This document shows, in pieces, positions 40,275 to 49,389 of a stretch of 64,000 nucleotides of DNA. The notes under the pieces are model-generated. The model did not search any database, had not been told where the DNA came from, and saw only the letters and a list, made by a program, of their open reading frames with translations. Numbering within the stretch: position 1 is the stretch's first letter; every line of letters begins with the position of its first letter. A program made the translations under genes and the position numbers. Source of the DNA: Candidatus Bathyarchaeia archaeon (GTDB lineage: Archaea; Thermoproteota; Bathyarchaeia; Bathyarchaeales; Bathycorpusculaceae). The DNA lies in the NCBI GenBank assembly GCA_049512075.1, contig JBEKXL010000004.1:1-64000 (forward strand). Reading direction: 5' to 3'.

Positions 40275-40748
40275 TCATTGGCCTATTTTGCTTTTGAGCT
40301 TGTTTAGAACGTCGTCTTCTACCCATCTCTCGCCCTGCATGGTGAGCTTGAACTCGGGTCTGTTCGGGTCCGGCTTGAACACTTGGCCTCTCTTGGTCAT
40401 CTCGTTTAAGCGTGCGGGGACCATGCATTTTATTCCGCTTGATTCTAGAAGCTTCGTTATCTGCGCTGCTGTTCTCTTCTTCCCCTCTGAGGCGTACAGC
40501 GTCAAACCTATTGCTTCATAGTGAGTCAGGTTTTCGCGGGCTATGATGACGGGACCTTCGGTCGTGGACTCAACGATGCCTTTGAGTTGAACGCCTGAGG
40601 GCATCAAACGGTTCTGGACGAAACCTCCAACCTTTTCCACGAAACCTTCGGGGAAAGCCTCAAGAATCTTCAGTATTTCTTGCGGGTTTTCAGCCTCGAC
40701 AACGATTTCGCCGAAGGGCGTCTTAACTCGTACTTCAACCTTGCTCAT
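40275..40748 (-). CDS. wHTH protein (paralog 3)
   Basis: GAGGAGAGG RBS; VRVKTPFGEIVVEA; ARLNEM..FKLT.QG. Confidence 0.75.
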   Translation of the reverse strand: MSKVEVRVKTPFGEIVVEAENPQEILKILEAFPEGFVEKVGGFVQNRLMPSGVQLKGIVESTTEGPVIIARENLTHYEAIGLTLYASEGKKRTAAQITKLLESSGIKCMVPARLNEMTKRGQVFKPDPNRPEFKLTMQGERWVEDDVLNKLKSKIGQ

Positions 40749-41411
40749 TTGCGCCTCTCCTCAAGCCGAAAGCTTCCTTCTCAGCCAGAAACTCAACAAA
40801 TGGCGACATCTCCCACATTAACCCCTCTTTTTCTTTTCCTATTCATTCCAATGATGGTAATAACGTTTTTGTCCTAACAGGCGTTTTGCGCGTGCCCTTT
40901 TTTTGTTTCGTTCAATGCTCAGGCAAGTATGAGCTTTTTTCTAAGTTCCTGAACTTGATGTCCCTGGACTAAGAGTGCTCCGTGTTGCAAGTGTGACTTC
41001 TGTAACCAGCGCACACCTTCAACGCTATCCATCAATTCAGCAACAAGCACAGAGAAACAGGAGTGGAAACGTCCCAAGCGTCCTAAGCGTCCAGCGTAGT
41101 CCCCTCAGAGCCCGTGACCCGCGCGGGCGAAATGAATGCTAGTAAGATTGGCGCGCACTGACTAACTGCCGGAAGCATCGTTCGCATAGGTCCTGTCCAG
41201 ATATTTGAATGATCTCAGAGTCTGAAAGCATCTTTCCGCACCTGTCACAAGCTATTTCCCTCGGAATTGGCGTGCTTCCCATGTTCCTCACAATTCGGAT
41301 AGGGCCTTTCTAGCGCTTAAACAACATTCCGAGGCCGTCAATATATCAAAGTGCGTTCGTCAGCTGGCGCACGCTCGCGCGCTATCTTAGGAAGACGAAA
41401 CGATGGGAGTG

Positions 41412-41903
41412 CTAACGTTTCGATTGGAAAACTTCGGTTTCAGCCAGAATGTAAACGTAGCCAGAATCGGTGTTCCACCGCCTAATTTTCTCCTTCTTAA
41501 CCAGATCAAGCAGAACTCCTGCGAGCGTCCGCCCGGGATACTCCAGGCCGTTGGCCTTCAAAGCGTCCCTCAACTCCTCAACCGTGCGTGGACGCCACTT
41601 TCCCCAATCAGTCTCGAGAAGCCTCAGGATGGCCTCGTCGCAGGTTTCCGCGGCTGAAATCCTGGGGTATTTTTCGGAGGCGGTCTTCTCGTCCTTTGGT
41701 GCCTCCGTCTTCACTGTGAGTGTTGCGAACTTTTTGGGTCTCACAGCGTCGAAAGCCTTTTGGACATTGCTGATTAGGCTGGATAAATCCTCGATGGTCT
41801 TTAGAACTTCGTCGCGGGTGCCTCCGACCTCAATTTCGCACTCGCCCAGCTTCACCCGAAAAACGAAACTGCTGCCCACTGCTTTCCCCTTCTTCGCCCT
41901 CAA
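41412..41903 (-). CDS. wHTH protein (paralog 4)
   Basis: FRVKLGECEIEVGG; PRTVEEL..L.DLVKK..IRR....GYVY. Confidence 0.75.
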   Translation of the reverse strand: MRAKKGKAVGSSFVFRVKLGECEIEVGGTRDEVLKTIEDLSSLISNVQKAFDAVRPKKFATLTVKTEAPKDEKTASEKYPRISAAETCDEAILRLLETDWGKWRPRTVEELRDALKANGLEYPGRTLAGVLLDLVKKEKIRRWNTDSGYVYILAETEVFQSKR

Positions 41904-42134
41904 ATCAATCCCGCATATAGCATGGGGCTAACCGCTTTTAGCATTTACGTATATCGGTGTTTTTTCACTGTATTCCGAGAGTTTCTTCAGCGCGCGCGAC
42001 GATTCCGCGTTGTACATCAAAGGCGACGACAGAAAAACCAGCATCAGCAAACAGGGTAGCGGCGCGCTCTACTGCAACTCTCAGAATTTTCTCGACTAAG
42101 ATCTCAAGCCAGCCATACATGCCCTTCAAGGTCG

Positions 42135-42325
42135 CCCCCCTTTCATTTGTACTGTCAGATGTAATGTTGCATTGTTACAAACCATGAAGAAAAACACACT
42201 GGGCTATCCTTCAGAGTCGACTCAGCCCTTTTGTTTGTAATGTCAGATGTAATGTGTATTGTAATAGACCAGGGATTGCAGGTAGTTGCCCGTGGCACAA
42301 AGACAGAATGGCTAGGTCTGGCAGG
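42135..42325 (-). repeat. Dispersed intergenic repeat, copy C (inverted)
   Basis: Reverse complement aligns to copy A, including GCCAGACCTA.CCATTCTGTCTTT. Confidence 0.9.
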
Positions 42326-42350
42326 CCTACTACGCCGTTGCCGTCTGCGT

Positions 42351-43070
42351 TCAGGTTTCATTTGCTTTCGCCTGCGCGCTAGCGTGTTGCCAAATTCGGG
42401 GAATTGAAATGAACTTGTTCGATCGCGCTTGGGCTTGGACAGACACACATGATCTGGTATGTAAAAGTTTCATGAGAACGCAACCATGCTTGGACGGTGA
42501 GCAGAAATTGACACAAACAATTCGATTTAGCAACGCCCTAGCGCGCGCTGATGTTTGTTGTTCCTTTGTCACTCCATTTAGTACGAAGGCAAACATGAAC
42601 AAGGCAAGTGAAGGAAAAATCAAGTAGTAGCCTTGTTGATATTCTCCAAGACCTCCAAGTACTATTTGTCCTGCATAAATCATCAAACCCAGAACTCCGA
42701 GACACAGCAAAACTGGAACAAATGATAGAATTCTTCTATTGAAGAAGACAAAGCCTACGCCAAAGACCAGCGTCAAAACCTGAATTATGAACATCGATAC
42801 TAATGCCCAAGACATCGGTTGGAATTCTGCCAAACCAGTAGTTCCCCAGTAATTAGAGAACCAATACTGCCTTGGTCCCTGTTGCAAGTTACCGTAGAAG
42901 TCACGTCTATATGACCAATAATAATTCGACATTCCGCCCAATACTGACATGTAGAGAAAAAAGGGAGAAATGACAGAAAACAAAAACACTAAGCACCCAA
43001 TTACCACCAGAGCCTTCTTAAGAATATCCAAGACCGATAACTTTGTAGACACACTCTTGAGTTTAAACAA
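42351..43070 (-). CDS. Four-TM membrane protein, probably with an aberrant C-terminus past the GCGC junction at 42541
   Basis: Four hydrophobic helices; tail reads SARARA through the motif. Confidence 0.6.
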   Translation of the reverse strand: MFKLKSVSTKLSVLDILKKALVVIGCLVFLFSVISPFFLYMSVLGGMSNYYWSYRRDFYGNLQQGPRQYWFSNYWGTTGLAEFQPMSWALVSMFIIQVLTLVFGVGFVFFNRRILSFVPVLLCLGVLGLMIYAGQIVLGGLGEYQQGYYLIFPSLALFMFAFVLNGVTKEQQTSARARALLNRIVCVNFCSPSKHGCVLMKLLHTRSCVSVQAQARSNKFISIPRIWQHASAQAKANET

Positions 43071-43223
43071 GCACTGTCACATAGAATATGAGCACAAAGC
43101 CTTAAAAGTTCAGCGCCCGCTAATTCAGGGACAAGCCAGCGCGCGACCTGACTTTGTGTCATCTGTTGATATTGTGAGAGTATTTTACTAATTCAATTGC
43201 GTAGCCGATTTGACCTTTCTCTT

Positions 43224-43673
43224 TCAACGATAACGCGGGTTGGAGCAATCAGCACAGATTTCTTTATTCGATCCGCTATCTTTGTGACCCCTCTTACAGG
43301 GCTGATATTCTCCATTACTCGTTCTAGCTCGATAGTTGCATGGCTCACAGCATCCCTTGGATTTCTCATTCGCCGCACCTAAAACCTCTTCGAATTTCCT
43401 CGCGCGCTCAGACACTTGGAACTCTCTATCGCCTCTGTTCTTTTCTGTTTTATCTTGCTCAGCTTTCTTTTGGATTTTTCTATCGCTTTTGTCCTTCTCT
43501 TTTCTACCCTTCTCAGCTTTATCTTGGAGTTTTTTATCGCTCCTAGCCTTCTCTTTTTTATCTTTCTCAGCTTTGTCTTGAAGTTTCTTGTCACCCTTGT
43601 CCTTTTCTTTTCTAACGTTCTCAGCTCTACCTCTTTCAGCCTTTTCAGCGCGTTCAATCTCTTTTCTGCTCAT
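43224..43673 (-). CDS. Highly charged protein with ~18-aa repeats
   Basis: Unit like KEKDKGDKKLQDKAEKD repeated 3-4 times (54-bp tandem period). Confidence 0.45.
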   Translation of the reverse strand: MSRKEIERAEKAERGRAENVRKEKDKGDKKLQDKAEKDKKEKARSDKKLQDKAEKGRKEKDKSDRKIQKKAEQDKTEKNRGDREFQVSERARKFEEVLGAANEKSKGCCEPCNYRARTSNGEYQPCKRGHKDSGSNKEICADCSNPRYR

Positions 43674-43905
43674 TCAATTCCCTAATTCTCTACTTGCAGA
43701 AGAGGATTTAAACTCGTCGTTATCTGTCAATTTCCAAATCAAAAATGGCCTGTCAATTTTAGGAGCACTCGACGGCACGCGTTATTGAAGACCAGTATTC
43801 TCTCTTGCCATCAACTCGGGTTTGGGATAAAACTCTGCCCCAAACCAACCATGTGTTGCAGCGCGTGCTAGTCGCTACATTGGGCAGCGTGGGAAAAACC
43901 AGGAT

Positions 43906-44171
43906 CTAGTAACAAATCATCTTGTCATAGGTTTCCAGAAACTTCTGTCCAGCTTCTGTTCTACAATACTTCACTCTTCCCGTTATTGCGTCTGTCTGGA
44001 TAAGATCGCTTGACTTCATGAAACTCAAGTGATACCCTGACTTTTGAAGCTCATATTACACTTGGATAGGATATTTGTAACGCCTGTTGGTTCCAGCAAC
44101 TCTCTCAGAATTTCCGCTACTATGTCAAATGTGTAACGGTTTCTTCCAAGCAACCTTCTTATTTTTAACAT
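43906..44171 (-). pseudogene. Frameshifted small archaeal wHTH regulator
   Basis: RNRYTFDIVAEIL..TNILSKCNMSF, then one base missing, then YHLSFM..DLI..Y.RTEAG.KFL. Confidence 0.65.
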
Positions 44172-44548
44172 GTTTGTAACCTCTGAGGCAAAACAAGCCA
44201 TTTCTAAGCAAAAGCGAAATATTGCAATAACCTATCGGCGTGCCTTTCCTCATATATACATCGCAAGTTTACCTTACAAGGATGAGCTGCCCAAGATCGC
44301 TTCTCTACCTTCTCTTCTGTTTCTTTCCCCCACGAGCTCTTCTCGTTTGATGACCCTTCGCTTTGTCACGGCGAGCGCTCTCGATGACTTTTCTACGGGA
44401 ATTCTGTCCTCCACCCATGTCTTGTCACCTCACCCTTCAATCGTCAATAGTACCTTTTCTCAAATAAACCTGTTGGCAATAGTCCATCCACATTTTTATG
44501 TTTAATCAAGCCATAAAAGGGCAGACTTATAAAGGTATAACGGTAGAC

Positions 44549-44732
44549 ATGACCGACATGCCGAAGAAGAAGACCAGCCTAAACATAGAGGAAGACACTT
44601 GGAAACAATGGTCTGCTCTTTGTCATTCAAAAGCACGGATCAAGCCGGAGAGTAAGCGAAGAAACGGCCAGAGCTGTCAAAGAATACATGAAAAAGCATG
44701 GAGATGAAAGAATAGATGACAAAGGAGACTGA
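44549..44732 (+). pseudogene. Frameshifted ribbon-helix-helix protein
   Basis: KKKTSLNIEEDTWKQW, one extra base, then LLFVIQKHGSSRRVSEE..RAVKEYM. Confidence 0.55.
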
Positions 44733-44964
44733 TCAAACCGCAAACTCGCACAAACTAGTTAATGTGACCTTCGACGAAGACCAGATGAAGATTATCCGGT
44801 CATTGAAAGGCTTTGGAACAGAAGACGCAGAAATAGTCAGATCAATCGTGATAGCCTACCTAAGCGAACACAACTATATCAAGCAAGCGTCCATAGATCG
44901 CGATCGCTCAATCGAGGAATCAGATAGAAAGTACAAACTTGCTCGCGCAGGCGGCAACTTCTGA
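44716..44964 (+). CDS. CopG/RHH-like protein
   Basis: VNVTFDEDQM..I..L.GFG..DAEIVRSIV.AYL. Confidence 0.65.
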   Translation: MTKETDQTANSHKLVNVTFDEDQMKIIRSLKGFGTEDAEIVRSIVIAYLSEHNYIKQASIDRDRSIEESDRKYKLARAGGNF

Positions 44965-45182
44965 ATCGACCTATTGCAAAACTCAAGGCTACAACGCATT
45001 AAAGATAAACTTCAGAAAAGATCGCAGAAAAGCACACGCTCTAGTCTCATCTATTTCAAGGTTTCTTTTCTCATCGAATCTTGAAGTGCTCGGCCTATTC
45101 CTATGCTGGAGTAAAGCAACAAGAGCAGGTTATAGAAAAAGAGAGATGAGATTTGTTTGACTAGGCACTCTGCGGATGATAA

Positions 45183-45524
45183 CTATCGTTGACTTTGCCC
45201 GTGCGCCATCTTTGCTTGAGCTTTCCAGAGAGCCCCCAGGATTTCCTTGCCTTTCTCGTAGGGCACTATTTCATGTACGCTCGAAGTGTAGTAGGGCAAG
45301 AACATGCTTATGTTTCTAAAGGTAGTTTCTGAATCTTTTTCGCCAATTGCGTACCCTGATGTTCCGTCCAGAAAGAAGCCGAACTCTTTGATTTCGCCCT
45401 TCTTCAGGAGGCTGTCTATACCGTCCCAAATTCCTTCTCTCAATTTTGAAAGCTCAGCGGGTTCCTTGGGCCATGATGCTAACGGGTTCTGATGCCACAA
45501 TATCAAGAATCTGGTCAAAAACAC
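45183..45524 (-). CDS. Hypothetical protein (DUF3303/GYD-like)
   Basis: RFLILW..WP..P, EFGFF.DG.SGYAI pattern. Confidence 0.55.
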   Translation of the reverse strand: MFLTRFLILWHQNPLASWPKEPAELSKLREGIWDGIDSLLKKGEIKEFGFFLDGTSGYAIGEKDSETTFRNISMFLPYYTSSVHEIVPYEKGKEILGALWKAQAKMAHGQSQR

Positions 45525-45880
45525 CCCTACTATTCCTTGCTATAACTAGTATTTATAATAAGCAGGGACAATGCGCGCGCGTCTGGTGACACTCTATGCA
45601 CATAACATCTAGCGTGCGCTCTTTCTTTTGCTGTTCGCGGAAATAAGATCGCATGTCTCCAGATGACGACTTAAGCCGCTTAAACGCGTAAACCGATACC
45701 CGTATAAGGGTGTATGCACATTATATCATATAAGGATAAGCTAAAAGGATGGATGTACAATGATAACCGAAACAAGAGCAATACTTTGGCATATGGCAAT
45801 TTGCTTATTGGAAGAACCTCTGACACGTGCGAATCGTGACTAACAAATTGAAGCAATACAAAAACAGGTTGGTAATTGAA

Positions 45881-46024
45881 ATGGGGCGAATTTGCGTGGA
45901 GCTCCCAGATGAACTGGAGAAGAAGCTCAGGTTCAAAGCAATCGAGAGATTTGGCGGCAAGAAAGGCGACCTATCTAAGGCTGTCGAAGAATCTGTAAGA
46001 ACATGGGTTGCCCAAGACAAATAG
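45881..46024 (+). CDS. Small RHH DNA-binding protein
   Basis: MGRICVELPDELEKKLR..KKGDLSKAVEE. Confidence 0.7.
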   Translation: MGRICVELPDELEKKLRFKAIERFGGKKGDLSKAVEESVRTWVAQDK

Positions 46025-46249
46025 ACGCACGAACAAGCCATGCATTATGATTGGCCTTTCAACAAAAGCTCCACGGTTCGAGTTTGTCTTCACCCCCACC
46101 ACCCAGCAATTTTCTTGGGAGAAAGGGCTGTTCCGGCTCGGCGAAAGACTCTTTTTCGGCTTTCTTTCGCTTCAAGCACAGTTATATGCTGCTCTTTATT
46201 CCACTACTCGCGCGTTTTGGGTTTTGGGCAAAACTTTAGCCGCACACAC

Positions 46250-46483
46250 TTACTCGTCTTGAGTTTCAAGTTCCGAGACTATGTCTTCTGCAGTCTTTTT
46301 GTTAGCAAGCCAGTCAAAGAACAGTTGCCAAGACCTCTCACGTTCGCCGTTCATAATTGATTCCAAAAGCTTCTGAAAGAACAAAAATGTTACGTCTTCT
46401 GGCAGTTTCATAAGTTTTTCATGCGCTGCGTTTTCCAAGTCCTCGAAGAATTTCACTTGAGCCTCCTTAGTCTCCTTTTCCAT
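46250..46483 (-). CDS. Hypothetical protein
   Basis: 77-aa ORF with GAGGGG RBS. Confidence 0.45.
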   Translation of the reverse strand: MEKETKEAQVKFFEDLENAAHEKLMKLPEDVTFLFFQKLLESIMNGERERSWQLFFDWLANKKTAEDIVSELETQDE

Positions 46484-46903
46484 TTCATCCCCTCTTCTTA
46501 ACCAGCATTTGGCGGACGCTCGAAGTGCTGCATGAAGATTCTTCCATAAAGTACTTAGTTAGACCCTGGTTACTCTTTTGAGTTTGGATTTGGGTAAAAC
46601 TTTCCACCAAACCAACGATTTCTGAATATTATTTACCGAGATAGTCTTATTAGAGGCGGGCGGCAGAGCTATCCTTGGGGAAGACTATCTTGGGGATTGA
46701 CCCTTTGGTCTTGGTAGTCATTGTTCTGGTAATCGGCATAGTTCTGGCGGTATTAGCCTTTGTTTTTTATCGGAGGAGTTTTGCCAGACGGGAAGCTACC
46801 CACTCGCCTTCACGACCCCCGCCAAGGCCTCAATAGGCAGCGTCGTTGGTTGGACAAAGCTTTACCCCGGAAGAGTTCCTGAAAAAACTAGCTGAACTGG
46901 AGG

Positions 46904-47131
46904 ATGGCAATGACGTCAAGAGGATACATAGATTTCAACTGCGATTACTGGTGCGCGTTCTGCGGGCGCAAAGTTCCTAAAGGACAGGAAAAACATGACA
47001 GCCTAGGCCGTCCGATAGACTGGAAATGCGGGCACCTGCTCCGCTACAAAGTAAGAAACAAAAATCAGGGAAAAGACAAAACTTTACCCCCAACCAAACC
47101 AAAATTGGGGACTTCACAAAAACTTTTTTGA
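46904..47131 (+). CDS. Small putative zinc-binding protein
   Basis: CAFC..CGH.LR; GGAGG RBS. Confidence 0.45.
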   Translation: MAMTSRGYIDFNCDYWCAFCGRKVPKGQEKHDSLGRPIDWKCGHLLRYKVRNKNQGKDKTLPPTKPKLGTSQKLF

Positions 47132-47453
47132 CCACGCTTTTTGTGACAATCTGAATTTTTGTAAATGAAACTTACCGTAAGAATACTAGCGTGCGCTGGG
47201 CATCCAACCTTTGACGCTGACCGTTGAGAATGTCAAAGCAGAGTTGAGCAATCTGAAGAGAATAGTCAGGAGAATTGAAGAAAAAAGATGGCTCCCGCTG
47301 TTATGTGCAACATGTGAAAAACCGTTGTCGCTAGAATTCAAGCTATGCCCAAAGCATACAGGTAAACACGCTATTCTCAACTTCAGTCAGCCCAAAAGAA
47401 GTGCCTTGAACAGAAAGCGCGCCTGTGTTGCCATCTTCTTAAGCACCTCCCTT

Positions 47454-49361
47454 TCACTTTTTGCAGGCGTGTTCCAGTCTCTTCTTGACGAGTTCACTCA
47501 CTGATGCCGCGTTGGCTTTGCCTCGAACTTCTTTCATGACCATGCCTATCAGTGGTCCGAAGGCGTTTGCTCTCCGCTCTTGAATCATGCTTCTGTTTCG
47601 TTCTATTAAAGAGTCGACGACCTTTTCAAGTTCTTCGCTGGAAAGCATCTTCAGGCCAATCTTGTTGATTGCGTCTTTCACGGTGCTGTTTTCATGTTGT
47701 GAAAGCCAGCTGACGATTCCAGGGACAGCCTCTTTTGTCAATCTTCCCGAACCCACGGCTCTGAAGACTTCTCTTATTTGATTGTCAGAGACCTTTTCAA
47801 CGCGGACACCGTCACGTTTCAGTGCTTTCGCCGTTTCTGTCATGAAAGCGGCCACGGTCGTCGGCGAAACGTTACTCTCTTTAACGGTGGTTTCGAACAA
47901 TTCACCGTACTCGGAATCAAGAATTTGCTTGGCCAATTTCTGATTCAGATTATACGTTTTGGTCAGCCGCTCAAGTTTCTGTTCTGGAAGTTCTGGCAGC
48001 CTGAGGCTAACGCTTTTCACGTAGTCTTCGGCTATCTGTATGGGCGGGATGTCAGTTTCGGGATACATTCGTGCTGCTCCCGGGCGGGGCCTCATGTACC
48101 TCGTCGTTCCGTCAGCGTTTGGCGCACGAGTCTCCGCCGGCACGCCGTTCAAAGCTTCTCGTGCTCTTTCCACAACGGCCTTTAACGCGTCTCTAGCGTT
48201 TTCAGCCTTGTCGGCAACGAACACCACGGCGTCCTCATCCTCTGCTTTGACCGTTTTCCTCAGTTCTTCAACTTCTTCTGCCGTTATGTCGTACGCTGGC
48301 ATTTCATCTGTATGGAATATGCCGCCGACTCTTCCCCAGAATCTGGCTTTGTCAGCCATTTCTGTTCCGAGGCGGAACCCTGGCATCAGCTCCCGCTTCA
48401 AGAAACCTCTGAATTTTGTCAGTTTAACCGCTAGGACTTGTTGGTTGGCATCTAGGGCTTTACGGATAACCTTGCACTTTGTCTGCTTGAACACGCGGCT
48501 GATGTCGAAGAATTCTTCTTTCAGATTCTCCTGTTTCACCGCTGTTTTGTTCAGTTCTACAGCTATTCCTATGAGGTTTATTTGTCGCTGAACTTCGTAC
48601 TCCACGACCAGAGGGACAAGGTCAAGCTCTTGGAGCCCCTTGATCTCCATGAGCGCACCGTTAGGAATCGATATGTTTATGTCCTGGCGTATAGTGCCCA
48701 AACCTCGAATCACTTTTCCAGTAGCCCTCAAGATTCTTCCGATGGCAAGAGCAACTTCCTCTGCTTCCTTCGGCGACTTTATGACAGGCGCGGTCGCAAT
48801 CTCTATCAGCGGTATGCCCAACCGATCGATGCGATAACGGGTTAGATTCCCTCCTTCCTCGCTGGTCTTTCTCGCCGCGTCCTCTTCCAAGCCGGCGTGT
48901 TGAATCGGAACGGTTTTTTCTCCCACTTTTATTTCGCCGTCTAAGGCTATTACACAGGTTCTTTGGAAGCCCGTCGTGTTGGATCCGTCTATCACCGTCT
49001 TGCGCATCACGTGAATCTCGTCAACAGGTTTGGCCTTCATCATCAGAGCCACGGTCAGAACTGTTTCGACGGCTTCGGGATTCAGCGGGTGAGGCGGCTC
49101 CTCGTCCATTTCAACAAGGCATGAGGTTGCCCTGTTGGCTTCGTAGAGGATTTTCACTCCTTTCTGAAACTCAAAATAAGCCGCGGGATCAACTTGGCCG
49201 AGCTCGCTTTGAGTGGGTCTGAGTCCGCGGAGAAAAGTTATCTCTGGCTCTTCCTTGAAGAGTTCCGGCCTGCAACTGCAGAACAACTTCGCAGAAGTAT
49301 CAAGTTGCTGGTGGATTTCCAGCCCGACTTTCAACCCGACCTTCTCATAGTCTATTTCCAT
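47454..49361 (-). CDS. gatE: Glu-tRNA(Gln) amidotransferase subunit E
   Basis: GLEIHQQL, MRK.VIDGSNT.GFQRT, GLGTIRQD, RPGAARMYPETD. Confidence 0.97.
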   Translation of the reverse strand: MEIDYEKVGLKVGLEIHQQLDTSAKLFCSCRPELFKEEPEITFLRGLRPTQSELGQVDPAAYFEFQKGVKILYEANRATSCLVEMDEEPPHPLNPEAVETVLTVALMMKAKPVDEIHVMRKTVIDGSNTTGFQRTCVIALDGEIKVGEKTVPIQHAGLEEDAARKTSEEGGNLTRYRIDRLGIPLIEIATAPVIKSPKEAEEVALAIGRILRATGKVIRGLGTIRQDINISIPNGALMEIKGLQELDLVPLVVEYEVQRQINLIGIAVELNKTAVKQENLKEEFFDISRVFKQTKCKVIRKALDANQQVLAVKLTKFRGFLKRELMPGFRLGTEMADKARFWGRVGGIFHTDEMPAYDITAEEVEELRKTVKAEDEDAVVFVADKAENARDALKAVVERAREALNGVPAETRAPNADGTTRYMRPRPGAARMYPETDIPPIQIAEDYVKSVSLRLPELPEQKLERLTKTYNLNQKLAKQILDSEYGELFETTVKESNVSPTTVAAFMTETAKALKRDGVRVEKVSDNQIREVFRAVGSGRLTKEAVPGIVSWLSQHENSTVKDAINKIGLKMLSSEELEKVVDSLIERNRSMIQERRANAFGPLIGMVMKEVRGKANAASVSELVKKRLEHACKK

Positions 49362-49389
49362 TCAATCACCCCTTCCAATCCACGCTGGG

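Noticed and set aside
39099-41903. wHTH paralogs as Z-alpha (Z-DNA-binding) domains
   Set aside because: They lack the N-x3-Y recognition-helix and P-P-x-W wing residues of Z-alpha domains
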